DNA from: a virus | Virus record (IMG/VR): IMGVR_UViG_3300028588_000016 | Location: 64,001-128,000 of that record | DNA: 64,000 nucleotides | Strand: one strand, 5' to 3' | Part shown: piece after piece, positions 22,301 to 31,039 of the stretch | Numbering within the stretch: position 1 is the stretch's first letter | Layout of the letters: the number at the start of each line of letters is the position of its first letter | Notes under the pieces: model-generated | What the model was told of the DNA's origin: nothing | What the model saw: only the letters and a program-made list of their open reading frames with translations | Databases searched by the model: none | Position numbers and translations under genes: made by a program

Positions 22301-24343
22301 AGCACCTAATCCACCGATATCGGCAATTAATGCACCTAACTGTAATTTATCTGTAGTAGTCATCTGATAGTCGTCTTCATTCATACGACCTATGGAAACT
22401 ACTTTATGTTTTTCTTGACCTGGATTAAGACCTACTGTAGAACTAGCAGCTTTATATCCTCCTGTAGGGTCTGAATTCAAACTAGTAAAGCCACCACCTT
22501 GTTGAAATTTCAAAACTTTAAGTTTATCAAATTTACCACCTGATTTTTTCATACTAGTACTAAGTGAACTCTTTAGGTTACTATCTAGAGATTGTTTATC
22601 TCCAGAAGCTTTCTTTTTATCGAATGCGTAATACTTAGGACTTTTAGGATCAACTTTAGGTTTACCGTAGTCCAATCCAACAGGTATTTTTTTCTCATTA
22701 TCCCAAAGTACTAAAGTAACATTACCTACACCGTCAGTCTCTTTACGCTTTATGTAATGTCTACGTCCTGTTGGAGCAATATATAGTTCTTCTACTTTAT
22801 CTATACCGTTCTCATCTTTAGCACCAGCATTGTAGGTTTTAACAATAGCACCTTTAGATCTATCAAAGTTACTATAATTCATTGTTAAATCCTGGAAATA
22901 TTCTGGCATAGTGTTTACACCTAAAGCTTTAAAAGGATTATAATTTTTGTCATCTACTAACTTATCAGTTTTAGTAAATTGAGCCAACTCTTCTGAACTA
23001 ATTGCTGAATTAGTAAGTACGTTTTTAATAAGAGTACTAACTTTTTCTCTCGCTACTTCTGGTAAAGCTTGAAAGTCTGCACCGTTAGCTGCAACCATAT
23101 CATAAGCTTTCTTAAAATCTACACGTTTACCGTTAACTACAATTGGCATTTGTTTGTAATTAGTTCTATCGTAACTCTTACCATTAGAAGCTAAACCTGT
23201 CAAAAAAGAACCATCGTCATCATACCAAGTATCTAAATCTTTATCGTAACCTTTATAAGGTAAACCACCTTTAAAACGAAGACCGTTAACGTCACCTTCG
23301 TTAAGTTTACCATTTACCCAAGTTCTACCTTGAGCATCTTTACCATTAAGTGCTTGAGTACCTCCTTCATCTGCAAAACTTCTACCGTCAGCTCCTGTAA
23401 AAGTACCGTCAGCGTTTGCAGTTAGTTTAACAGGAACAGGTGGACCTGCTGTAGCTTTAACCATATCATCGTAAGATTTACGATCAGTAAATTTACCGTA
23501 AACTTCTGGATTAGCTAATTGTGCAAAGTTAGCTCCTTTAGATGCTAGTAACTTATCGGCACCTGCACCAAACTTAGCTTGGAATAACTTAAGCATTTCT
23601 GGATCAGTTTGTGCTTGACTATGTAAGTTACTAAACTTACTAAACATACCTGTATTCCACTTATTAAGTAAGTTAGCTTGACCTGCTTTATCTGCCGTAT
23701 GATAGCTTTTTAAAGCAAACTCTAAACTTCCATTCTTTTGGTTTGCATCTCTAAATAAAGAACCCGGATCTAAATCATTATCAAAATCGCTTAAACTCTT
23801 TTGATAATTACTCATTCCTTCCGCTTTAGCTTTATCAGCATCTGCCTTAGCTTTCGCTTCGTTATCTGCTTTTAATTTAGCATTATCAGCATTAGTCTTA
23901 GTGTAAAGTTTACCTGCAAAATCACCAAAGCCTTGCATAAGAGAACCTCTTATTGCACCTTGATTGTGAACTCCTGAAACACCCGCGAATAACCCAGGTT
24001 TGGCAGCTTTACCGTTATCTTTTAATCCTAATTGTTGATTAGTGAGATCATTCTTATCTCCTGTGTAAGCTATGTCGCCTACTGTATCTCCTTGTAAGTC
24101 GAAATCAAATGCTTGTCCTTTAGCGTTAGAGGATTTAATAGTACCTAAGAAGTCGTTGAAATTAGTATTCCATTCGTCTCTGTTCTTAGTCTTACCACCA
24201 CCCGCTTTGACATAATCATTGAACCAAGACTGAGCTTGTTCGTGACCTAGCGTCATATCCTGACCGTTAACTCTAACTACATAAGTTTGAGCTTCCGCTT
24301 TTGGAGCTGTTCCGCCAGTATTAAATTTAGGTACTTGACTCAT
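19391..24343 (-). CDS. Putative ejection/cargo protein (1650 aa) with membrane-inserting Gly/Ala-rich segment
   Basis: ORF track. Hydrophobic hairpin LGALIADIGGLGATIAGPAGNAVGAGLGLAA. Several K-F-x-x-G-G motifs. Confidence 0.6.
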   Translation of the reverse strand: MSQVPKFNTGGTAPKAEAQTYVVRVNGQDMTLGHEQAQSWFNDYVKAGGGKTKNRDEWNTNFNDFLGTIKSSNAKGQAFDFDLQGDTVGDIAYTGDKNDLTNQQLGLKDNGKAAKPGLFAGVSGVHNQGAIRGSLMQGFGDFAGKLYTKTNADNAKLKADNEAKAKADADKAKAEGMSNYQKSLSDFDNDLDPGSLFRDANQKNGSLEFALKSYHTADKAGQANLLNKWNTGMFSKFSNLHSQAQTDPEMLKLFQAKFGAGADKLLASKGANFAQLANPEVYGKFTDRKSYDDMVKATAGPPVPVKLTANADGTFTGADGRSFADEGGTQALNGKDAQGRTWVNGKLNEGDVNGLRFKGGLPYKGYDKDLDTWYDDDGSFLTGLASNGKSYDRTNYKQMPIVVNGKRVDFKKAYDMVAANGADFQALPEVAREKVSTLIKNVLTNSAISSEELAQFTKTDKLVDDKNYNPFKALGVNTMPEYFQDLTMNYSNFDRSKGAIVKTYNAGAKDENGIDKVEELYIAPTGRRHYIKRKETDGVGNVTLVLWDNEKKIPVGLDYGKPKVDPKSPKYYAFDKKKASGDKQSLDSNLKSSLSTSMKKSGGKFDKLKVLKFQQGGGFTSLNSDPTGGYKAASSTVGLNPGQEKHKVVSIGRMNEDDYQMTTTDKLQLGALIADIGGLGATIAGPAGNAVGAGLGLAATGMNFAADVEKDGFQWGDAGTAAVGGLMDLATLIPVAGTGFKGTKIVKALAKNAHWLGKALAVSGATQAGFALKKIVDEGASNATMDDWKALVGGLTGVVSGKRMGWDKAIATTKGGVKNFIKDAKGVSHEIDEAAMTAINNAKTSAQKIDLAKAHIAAKMSKPNAVVTPADVQLPKGFGVNRNVKDFFRTEKLKTSSEFGEESLDEITTGGGIGGWLKNRAIRRVALANPEMKGADKVVNQNFFTLAGTRFQTMPFRSMYKKPETEAILNSDQKLLARAASPSTNPTKEELEAVADPISEVTKTGGSAARITDPNRMLPEKGSPNWIKGTPDAPLSAEEKSIRTASSRLTNLFQGKANAKFNKTPVNTEIAYKPGFQGEYPTRNADYISEVARMQPKKQVSIKEALDAPKNVGSVEKVKASLNQKELKNLKKSLNISTNKTHEIPLERIINPTKGSKDDAISKKILGNKKLTAMVEKAMDEGKTSIKFKEGGIIKADTGVKLPWIKSLNANLKPVSPLMLPAITPSVPQWDPMKAIGVNTPAKTTPNVPFKINLRAGLTGASGVGIGSLNTGDPNMPSGFKGIDATKTVVDNGLNNIVASSPGINIKKDTLSELGRALFNRETARRVDTRVTVPMSTHMSEVSAPVKGDLLLSNAYDKSAARIMADAGVGRTSDSMINLAGRLSAAKQAEDIRMQGAGANAESIARSEARNLQLQQGYAQSRQQVANQNAHSLATKEQTERQYNNQKMIAMDKSVDNFWATQNSQNRMDALGNKAYDSQIAGLNMNSKFSKEYGDLMGQLELAQANVTRANAGTDPVAKKKADDEYLRIKTLGQQASTNQQLLRLQLMKNPNFNYQSIPSLINYNPNATNMATPNGTVFHNSRKVSMATGGKLTAETKIALEEYKQTQKAFSETAKDHNKWLSLKIKEDKKESANQAKSIDAMIKQALKG

Positions 24344-24374
24344 TATATATGTTGTAATAAATTTGTATCATATG

Positions 24375-24405
24375 AAAAAAGGGAGACTAGTTGAACTAAT
24401 CTCCC
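24375..24405 (-). terminator. Rho-independent terminator after the 102-aa gene
   Basis: Minus strand GGGAGATTAG-TTCAA-CTAGTCTCCC (10-bp stem with one G-U pair) followed by T6. Confidence 0.85.
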
Positions 24406-24416
24406 TATTAATTTGA

Positions 24417-24725
24417 TTACTTAAGTTTCTTAACTAATTTACCGCCGGCTTTGTAAACAGGTGCCTCTTGCGGAGCACCACCGCCACCTTGAGCGCCTTG
24501 AGCTAATTGAATTAAGCCTTCACAAACAGCCGCCATTGCTTGACAATCTTGTGACTGTAAACCTTGCATTGCCATTTGTAATAGTTGTCCTAGTGGATCT
24601 TCGCCACCTTCCTGTGGAGCTGCACCTGCAGCAGCTGGATCCGTTGGTGGAGCACCTGCTCCTGGATCTGCTGGCATTGCACCACCTTCTTGGAATTTAC
24701 TTACGATTCTTTCTGAAATTTTCAT
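24417..24725 (-). CDS. Small Pro/Ala/Gly-rich virion protein (102 aa), likely an abundant internal head protein
   Basis: ORF track. KFQEGG at the N-terminus and YKAGGKL at the C-terminus. Flanked by its own promoter-like element and terminator. Confidence 0.6.
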   Translation of the reverse strand: MKISERIVSKFQEGGAMPADPGAGAPPTDPAAAGAAPQEGGEDPLGQLLQMAMQGLQSQDCQAMAAVCEGLIQLAQGAQGGGGAPQEAPVYKAGGKLVKKLK

Positions 24726-24778
24726 TGTGTTGTTTTCTTAATTAAGTTTATAGTTACAGCTGATTATTTTAACTTTGA

Positions 24779-24786
24779 CAAAGATA
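24779..24786 (-). promoter_or_regulatory. Bacteroidota -7 promoter element (TATCTTTG) for the 102-aa gene
   Basis: Exact TAnnTTTG match 54 nt upstream of the ATG. The -33 position reads only TTTA (weak). Confidence 0.55.
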
Positions 24787-24811
24787 GTATAAATTATTAT
24801 CATTTAAAAGC

Positions 24812-24841
24812 TTTGATGTTAATATATTTTGCTTATATTTG
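24812..24841 (+). promoter_or_regulatory. Plus-strand Bacteroidota-type promoter TTTG-N18-TATATTTG
   Basis: TTTG at 24812-24815 and TATATTTG at 24834-24841. Divergent from the 102-aa gene promoter. Confidence 0.5.
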
Positions 24842-24845
24842 TATT

Positions 24846-24955
24846 AACAATCAACCCTGACTAACTGAACGGATGACATTCTCACTATAGAATTAGCGTT
24901 GGAAATAATTTAAAAGGATTGTAATAAAGCCCATACAAACGTATGGGCTTTTCTT
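24846..24955 (+). ncRNA. Candidate ~110-nt small RNA
   Basis: Lies between a plus-strand promoter and a hairpin with a plus-strand U-tract. ACAATC/GATTGT closing stem and inner ATTCT/AGAAT hairpin. Only a 5-codon ORF. Inferred, with no family recognised. Confidence 0.3.
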
Positions 24956-24960
24956 GTTTT
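24926..24960. terminator. Bidirectional terminator hairpin
   Basis: AAAGCCCATAC-AAAC-GTATGGGCTTT perfect 11-bp stem. The plus side is followed by TCTTGTTTT. On the minus side it sits just after the stop of the DUF192-like gene. Confidence 0.8.
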
Positions 24961-25561
24961 AATCCTTTATGTTAACGTAATCTTCGTCCTTGTTATTTTG
25001 ATAGTTGATATACTTAAATATCCTTGTTCCTAGAGCTTTGTAATCTCTATCGCTTTTAGACTTGTAAGCTTTCTTAGCAAATCTAATTAATATCTTTGTA
25101 TGTTTCCTACTAAAGATCCTCTCACCTCCCTCTAAATCCATCTGTGATTTTCCTTTAGAGTCTAGTACTTTCATTACGGCATCTGGTAACTTTTCGTCTC
25201 CATCTTCGTCAGTATCGAAATCTTCGTCCAATGAGCTAAGATCAACATCGTCACCCTTACTGATGCCGCTGCCTTGTTTAAGTTCGAGAACATATTTAAC
25301 GTTCTCGCAAGTATGTGCTTTATCGCTTTGTGCATAACCTGTAGCAATTCTTATAATTTCCCAGTCTTCATCTATAAAGATAATGTCTAAGTTAATCTCT
25401 GTATCAACCATCCAGAAGCTAACTTCTTGAGGTTCATCGTATACAAATATCATACCTTCGTTATCTCTTAAAGACTCTACGTGTTGTAAACCTTTAGCCT
25501 TTTCTTCATCTGTCGAAGCTACTTCAACGTTATATTCTTTATCGTTAATTTCAATTATCAT
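24959..25561 (-). CDS. DUF192-like protein with an additional C-terminal domain (200 aa)
   Basis: N-terminal VEVAST.EEKAKGL...EGMIFVY....SFWMVDT...LDIIFID...YVLEL pattern characteristic of DUF192. Acidic linker, then a basic domain. Confidence 0.7.
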   Translation of the reverse strand: MIIEINDKEYNVEVASTDEEKAKGLQHVESLRDNEGMIFVYDEPQEVSFWMVDTEINLDIIFIDEDWEIIRIATGYAQSDKAHTCENVKYVLELKQGSGISKGDDVDLSSLDEDFDTDEDGDEKLPDAVMKVLDSKGKSQMDLEGGERIFSRKHTKILIRFAKKAYKSKSDRDYKALGTRIFKYINYQNNKDEDYVNIKD

Positions 25562-26760
25562 TACTCAGCTTTTAATAGTTTACTTTTAGAGTCTTTGGTG
25601 TTCTTAACAATCTCTTTAGCTAAAATCCTACCTGCTTCAATCATAGCATCTTCATCTCCTACTTCACATAATTTCTCTAACTTACAAGTTAAATCGTAAT
25701 GTAAAATAAGTTCATCTTTCTCTACTTCAGCAGTTTGACTCATAGCACCACCTTCAGCATTAACCTGAATAACAGGTACTCCTTTGGTAGTCATAGAGAC
25801 ATCTTTAAATTCTTCGAGTTCTTTAATGCCGTGTTTACGTGCGTGTAATTCGCCATCAACAATAACATTCATCGAACCACCCTCTTTAAAGGCTTGTACA
25901 GTAGGTTCTGATATGATAGGTTCAACTTTCTCAATCTTTGCTACCTTAGACTTCGCTTTTAAAACGATGTTCTTATAATTGATCTTTGTACCTTTTTGAC
26001 CATACTGTATAGAACCGCTATTCCACGTATCTCCACCGTATAACTTATTAGTATTAGTAGCACTGAACAAATCACTTGAACTTGCAGCTTGATCTTGTCT
26101 TTGTTTATTAAAGTCTAATATTCCAGCTACTTGAGTCTGTTGCATATTAGATGAATTAATACCATTCTTTAACTTCTTTTTACCGAACAATTTACCTGCT
26201 AAACCTGAACCTTGATAAGTTTCGGCACTTGCACCCATTGCGTCTGCTTGAGAAGCTGTTCCTGTAAAACCAGAAGAACTAGCAACAGCATCGTTTACTT
26301 TAAAATCTTTTACGTAATCAGGTGTACCTATTAACGCACCTCCTATTTTATTAAGAGTACCTAAAGCACCTCCAATAGCGCCACCTACACCAGGAATATT
26401 AGAAGCTAGACTTGATAGTGTATTAACAGCACTATCAGCTTTCATCATGTTTTTCTGAGATCCTGTAAGATTCTTATTACTATTGATAGATTGAAAGTTA
26501 AGCAATCCAGACAATCCGGCTGTTATACCACTGCCTAATGCTGCATTCATTCCTTCAGCTTCACTAGTAATTCCTGTAGGCATAGCATCAGTCCCTCCAC
26601 TTAAGGAAGGACCGAGCTGTTTAAATAAACCTGTTACGCTGTCTTTATTGAATAATTTGGAGAAGAATCCGGCACCTTTACCTCCAGCACCGTTTGCAGC
26701 TCCGGCAGAACCTACTCCACCTGCGGCAGCTAATGCGCCATTTAACCAATCATTAGGCAT
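25561..26760 (-). CDS. Putative cargo/ejection protein (399 aa), Gly-rich with a hydrophobic segment
   Basis: ORF track. SSLASNIPGVGGAIGGALGTLNKIGGALIG segment and FKEGG motif. First gene after the tail-end proteins. Confidence 0.5.
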   Translation of the reverse strand: MPNDWLNGALAAAGGVGSAGAANGAGGKGAGFFSKLFNKDSVTGLFKQLGPSLSGGTDAMPTGITSEAEGMNAALGSGITAGLSGLLNFQSINSNKNLTGSQKNMMKADSAVNTLSSLASNIPGVGGAIGGALGTLNKIGGALIGTPDYVKDFKVNDAVASSSGFTGTASQADAMGASAETYQGSGLAGKLFGKKKLKNGINSSNMQQTQVAGILDFNKQRQDQAASSSDLFSATNTNKLYGGDTWNSGSIQYGQKGTKINYKNIVLKAKSKVAKIEKVEPIISEPTVQAFKEGGSMNVIVDGELHARKHGIKELEEFKDVSMTTKGVPVIQVNAEGGAMSQTAEVEKDELILHYDLTCKLEKLCEVGDEDAMIEAGRILAKEIVKNTKDSKSKLLKAE

Positions 26761-29700
26761 AACTTTGTGTGAATAATGTTTCTAAAGCTGTAATAATAGC
26801 TAATTCTGTTCCAGAGTATCTTACTCTAATTTTACAGAACTTATCTCTAATACGCGCTTCTTTAATTTTCGTATCTTGTGTAAACCTTTGCGGCTTAATT
26901 TCTACATTCCAATGATCTTCTAAGTATTGCATATTACCTTTCAGTCTTCCGAACTTTTTCAAGTCCATACCTTTCTGATAAGTTAATATGGTACCGTCTT
27001 TAAGGGTTGTTCTTTGAGTACCTGCTGGATTTACAGTTACAGTTTCTGTAATATTCTTTAACTCATAACTATCTCCAATTACTTCGAACTCGAATGAATC
27101 AGGCTCTACATTATTAGATATGATATATAAGTTATTAAATATCTTATGAGTTGCGGGATTATCTAAAGCTACAAACTCGTACTCAAATTGCTCTTGTTTA
27201 TCGTACCACTTAGTAGGTTCTATAACTCCACTTATGTCAAATAATCCAGCTTTACCATGTTTCCAGAACCAAGTAGAGAATTCTAAATCGTATAAAGCTT
27301 TATCTGCAATAGATAAACTAGCTCTATTTACTTTAGCGATTATAAAATCTGCCCAAGTTTCAGCTACATCTTGTGTACCTTTAAATAGTAATTGTACTTG
27401 AATCTTTAAACGATAAGCGAACTTAGGCCATGGATCAGGTAAGTTTATACCATTCCATTTAAGCTGATTACCTGTAATATTAAATCTAGAGTTATCTAAT
27501 TGATTAGGCATTAATGTAAACTTCCAATCATATTTAGAATAATAGTCGTATTTCTTAAGTGAAAGTGTTCCTACTGTTTGAGCCGTTTTAGCGTTGATAT
27601 TAACATCGCTAATAACAATACCTTCTGACATACTAGAATTTGCTAAAGAGTAACCTATAAGTGACATGTTCTTAGCAGAATCTTTATCAAATGAAAAGTA
27701 AACATTATCAATACTTGCAGACGAAACAGGTGTCCATGAATAACGAGTTATCCATTTATTTAGTTTATCGTTAAAACATAAGTTCCATTCTACTTCATCG
27801 TTGTTACGAGTTTCATCGTAGAAAGTAAACATTACATCACCTTTGTTTGCGTTATAATGTGTCTTAACGTTTCTTAAAGCAATCATAGGAGTTTTATCTC
27901 TTTCACTTAAAGTGATATTCTGATTTAAAAACTCTTGTACTTTAAAGTCTGATAATATCTCAAATGATTTACCATCTGTTCTCCATATCTTTTTACCTAC
28001 CGTATCTACACCGTAAATATGAGTAGTTGTTCTTATAATTGAATCTCTCCAAGAAGAACCGAAATCTGTAGAAAGAGGCATGATATTTTCAGAAAGTACA
28101 CCTGCTCCTTTGATATAAATATCTCCGCCTGCACCTGTACCACCTATAGCACGCTCATTAATAACTACCACACCAACTCCGTGTTCAAATACTACAAGTA
28201 GATCTCCACGCCATTCAAACATTTTAACAATAGCTCCATATTGTCTAGATATATCCTTATAGCCTAAACCTTGGAATACTCTATAATTGTTTTTAAATGC
28301 ATCGTTAATATGAACATCTGAAAACATAATACGGTTGTCAAATATATTTTTAATAGCAGGAACGTCTGGTGCAGTAAAGTACATCTTATCAGAAGTTGTA
28401 GAACTATAACCAACATTGACTACGTTTGAATCTGGTGCTTTGTTTTCTGATCTTACAGACATTTGAGATAAAGGATAGAAACTTCTGTACATACCGGTTA
28501 AAGCATATTCAGAACTATTACTCTCGTCAATTGCTCTATAAGCTAAGTTAATGTTAGAACAAAGTTTAAAGGTTGCCCAGTGACCAATTCTGACAGCATT
28601 TATATCTGCTCTATTAATCTTACGGATATCGTCGTTATTTAAACCGCCACTAGCATTATAACCAGTATAGTTATTTTTCCAACTTAAAGTATCTGTAATT
28701 AAATCATTAATAGGTGTCTCAGGATCTACGAAGTTTCTAATCATTCTAACAGTGTAGTTAGTAAAGAAACAATCTCCACGATATGCAGTACACTTAGATG
28801 AATCAGCCGTTTTAGTAACTGAATCATAAGGTATAACTGCATTACCTAATAATTCTAAATCATATCTATCAGATATAGCAAAGAAAGACTGAGTAGAGTT
28901 AAATCTTAATAGGAAGTAATCTCTGAGGTTACCTAAGTTATATCCTGGAATATGTATATCAACTAATGAAGTTTTATTGTTATATCCTTCCAAACCTGTA
29001 AAACCTGTAAAGTTACCACGTAACAAGTTAGTAGCATAACGATTACGATCTTCATTATCGAACCATGCGAATTTCCAAGCTTCTTCTGGAATACCTGCTC
29101 TAGAAGAAAAGCTTTTAGTTCCGTTATATCTAGCTGGTTTACTGTCTTCTATGTTTGTTAACTTCACATCAGAGAACAGATAATCTGTAGCTCCATTATT
29201 AGTATAGTTATCAATGTAGAAGTGTCTATTATTTTGAACATCTTGAACGAAAGCATCATTACTTGGAGTAAATGGAGCTTGAGATATATTGAATAAAGCA
29301 CCTGTAAATATTTCATTAAAGTATTCACTTCTTAATTGAGCCTCTGGACAAAGCAATCCTCCAACTGTTACGTTAGTGTTACTTCTTAAAAGTCTACTAT
29401 TGAAATCATTTACTAATTGATTGCTTTTATCTATAAATGATTCTGAAATGAAAGCTTTAGAGTTAGTACCTCCAGAGCCAACTTGTGCGAAAATAGAAGG
29501 TGTATAAGATACACTGTCTACTCCAATAGTTAATCCTTGAGCTAAAATAGTAGGTAATCGTTTCTGTCTTACAAAGAAGAAACCTTTTGCTACTTTCTTA
29601 ATTTCTGTCATTACATCAGAACCTATATTAAAATCTATCGCTAAAGGATACAATCCTGTAGACGAGTCTTTATTAATAACATCGTCTTCGTAAGTAATTC

Positions 29701-31039
29701 GTATAACACCTTTAGTGTTTTCTAAATTATATTGAGATTGAGGAATAAATCCTAATTCATCGTAATCTATATACTGACGATTTCCATTGTTATCATAAAG
29801 AGGTTTGTAAGTATAATGAGAAGCTATATCGCTATTGAAGGAAGCAACTCTGTTAAATAAACCTACGCCATCTTTACCTCTAACTGGCATAACTGGAGAT
29901 AACGAATCGTCTTTTAATATGAATACCATACCTACACGATACATCTCTTTGTTCCAATAACCAGTATATTTATAAACATTTACTGCATCGTAATACTCAG
30001 TTTTTCTAAGTTCGTCCTGCAATTCTAAGGGTTTATATTCGTGATCTAAATAACCAATGTTATTATCATTACTTACGGTAGGGTAAACTCTTAAAGCTAA
30101 ATCTTCTAATTCTTTATAAGGAATTGTAGGTTTATCCACATTACCAAAGAATAACATATTTTGGACTTGTGTTTGAGTCTTAACTTTATCTACAACATTA
30201 TATTGTATATTAAGTTGTTCTACAGGAATCTCTGTAACTTCATCATAACCTGTTATAGTTAATAACATACTGTTACCAGATAAAATAGTTTTAGTATTAA
30301 TTTTATAAGCTTGAGTTAACTCAATCTCATTGTAATCTCCTGTACTACGTGTGTAATATATGTTTAGATAATCGTAAGATAAATCTAAATTATTAATATA
30401 TAACTTGGCAATCTTATTAGTTAACTCATTTGCTAAACCTCCTCTTGTTGAAGCCGGATCATTTACTTTACCAACGTAACAAGATACTATTCCAGACTCT
30501 GCAATAATATCAGATTCGTTTCCGTCTGCATCTGAATATTTAAAATAGAATACATAGTTACCTGTTTTCAAATTACCACCTTCATATAAAGCGTCAAATG
30601 TAACATACGGTATCTTCTCTGTAGTTCTAAACAATCTAGTGTTTTGTGTTACGAACTCTTCATCGTAAATGTTTGTATCGTTATTACCTTTACGGTCAAC
30701 AATTACATAAGTACTATCCTCTTTTGGAGTAAAACGTGAATTAATAAGTCTAGGTGGATTTCTATCATCATTTAAGATTAAGTTTACTGTATCATCATAA
30801 GAAGGCTGAACAGTAATATCCACAGGTGAATTTAAATTAAAGTTCAATTTAGAACTTCTAAAATCAGTTAATTCACCGTTCGCTAAACGTAGGTTTCTAA
30901 AAGCGTTGTACTCGTACTTTAAGTCTCCCTCTTGTTTAAAACATTTGGCATGAAGCTCAAAGTCTATGTCAAAAAGAGGGAGACGTTTAAAAGTCTTAGA
31001 AGATAGTATCTGTGAGTTACTACCTGCGGTTATTGTCAT
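26753..31039 (-). CDS. Large tail protein (1428 aa), muzzle/stabilisation-like
   Basis: ORF track. Beta-rich. C-terminal KEARIRDKFCKIRVRYSG resembles crAss tail-end proteins as I recall them. Gene position fits. Confidence 0.6.
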   Translation of the reverse strand: MTITAGSNSQILSSKTFKRLPLFDIDFELHAKCFKQEGDLKYEYNAFRNLRLANGELTDFRSSKLNFNLNSPVDITVQPSYDDTVNLILNDDRNPPRLINSRFTPKEDSTYVIVDRKGNNDTNIYDEEFVTQNTRLFRTTEKIPYVTFDALYEGGNLKTGNYVFYFKYSDADGNESDIIAESGIVSCYVGKVNDPASTRGGLANELTNKIAKLYINNLDLSYDYLNIYYTRSTGDYNEIELTQAYKINTKTILSGNSMLLTITGYDEVTEIPVEQLNIQYNVVDKVKTQTQVQNMLFFGNVDKPTIPYKELEDLALRVYPTVSNDNNIGYLDHEYKPLELQDELRKTEYYDAVNVYKYTGYWNKEMYRVGMVFILKDDSLSPVMPVRGKDGVGLFNRVASFNSDIASHYTYKPLYDNNGNRQYIDYDELGFIPQSQYNLENTKGVIRITYEDDVINKDSSTGLYPLAIDFNIGSDVMTEIKKVAKGFFFVRQKRLPTILAQGLTIGVDSVSYTPSIFAQVGSGGTNSKAFISESFIDKSNQLVNDFNSRLLRSNTNVTVGGLLCPEAQLRSEYFNEIFTGALFNISQAPFTPSNDAFVQDVQNNRHFYIDNYTNNGATDYLFSDVKLTNIEDSKPARYNGTKSFSSRAGIPEEAWKFAWFDNEDRNRYATNLLRGNFTGFTGLEGYNNKTSLVDIHIPGYNLGNLRDYFLLRFNSTQSFFAISDRYDLELLGNAVIPYDSVTKTADSSKCTAYRGDCFFTNYTVRMIRNFVDPETPINDLITDTLSWKNNYTGYNASGGLNNDDIRKINRADINAVRIGHWATFKLCSNINLAYRAIDESNSSEYALTGMYRSFYPLSQMSVRSENKAPDSNVVNVGYSSTTSDKMYFTAPDVPAIKNIFDNRIMFSDVHINDAFKNNYRVFQGLGYKDISRQYGAIVKMFEWRGDLLVVFEHGVGVVVINERAIGGTGAGGDIYIKGAGVLSENIMPLSTDFGSSWRDSIIRTTTHIYGVDTVGKKIWRTDGKSFEILSDFKVQEFLNQNITLSERDKTPMIALRNVKTHYNANKGDVMFTFYDETRNNDEVEWNLCFNDKLNKWITRYSWTPVSSASIDNVYFSFDKDSAKNMSLIGYSLANSSMSEGIVISDVNINAKTAQTVGTLSLKKYDYYSKYDWKFTLMPNQLDNSRFNITGNQLKWNGINLPDPWPKFAYRLKIQVQLLFKGTQDVAETWADFIIAKVNRASLSIADKALYDLEFSTWFWKHGKAGLFDISGVIEPTKWYDKQEQFEYEFVALDNPATHKIFNNLYIISNNVEPDSFEFEVIGDSYELKNITETVTVNPAGTQRTTLKDGTILTYQKGMDLKKFGRLKGNMQYLEDHWNVEIKPQRFTQDTKIKEARIRDKFCKIRVRYSGTELAIITALETLFTQSYA

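Noticed and set aside
24358-24365. Plus-strand TAAATTTG resembling a -7 promoter element
   Set aside because: No -33 partner and no downstream ORF. Expected by chance in AT-rich sequence.
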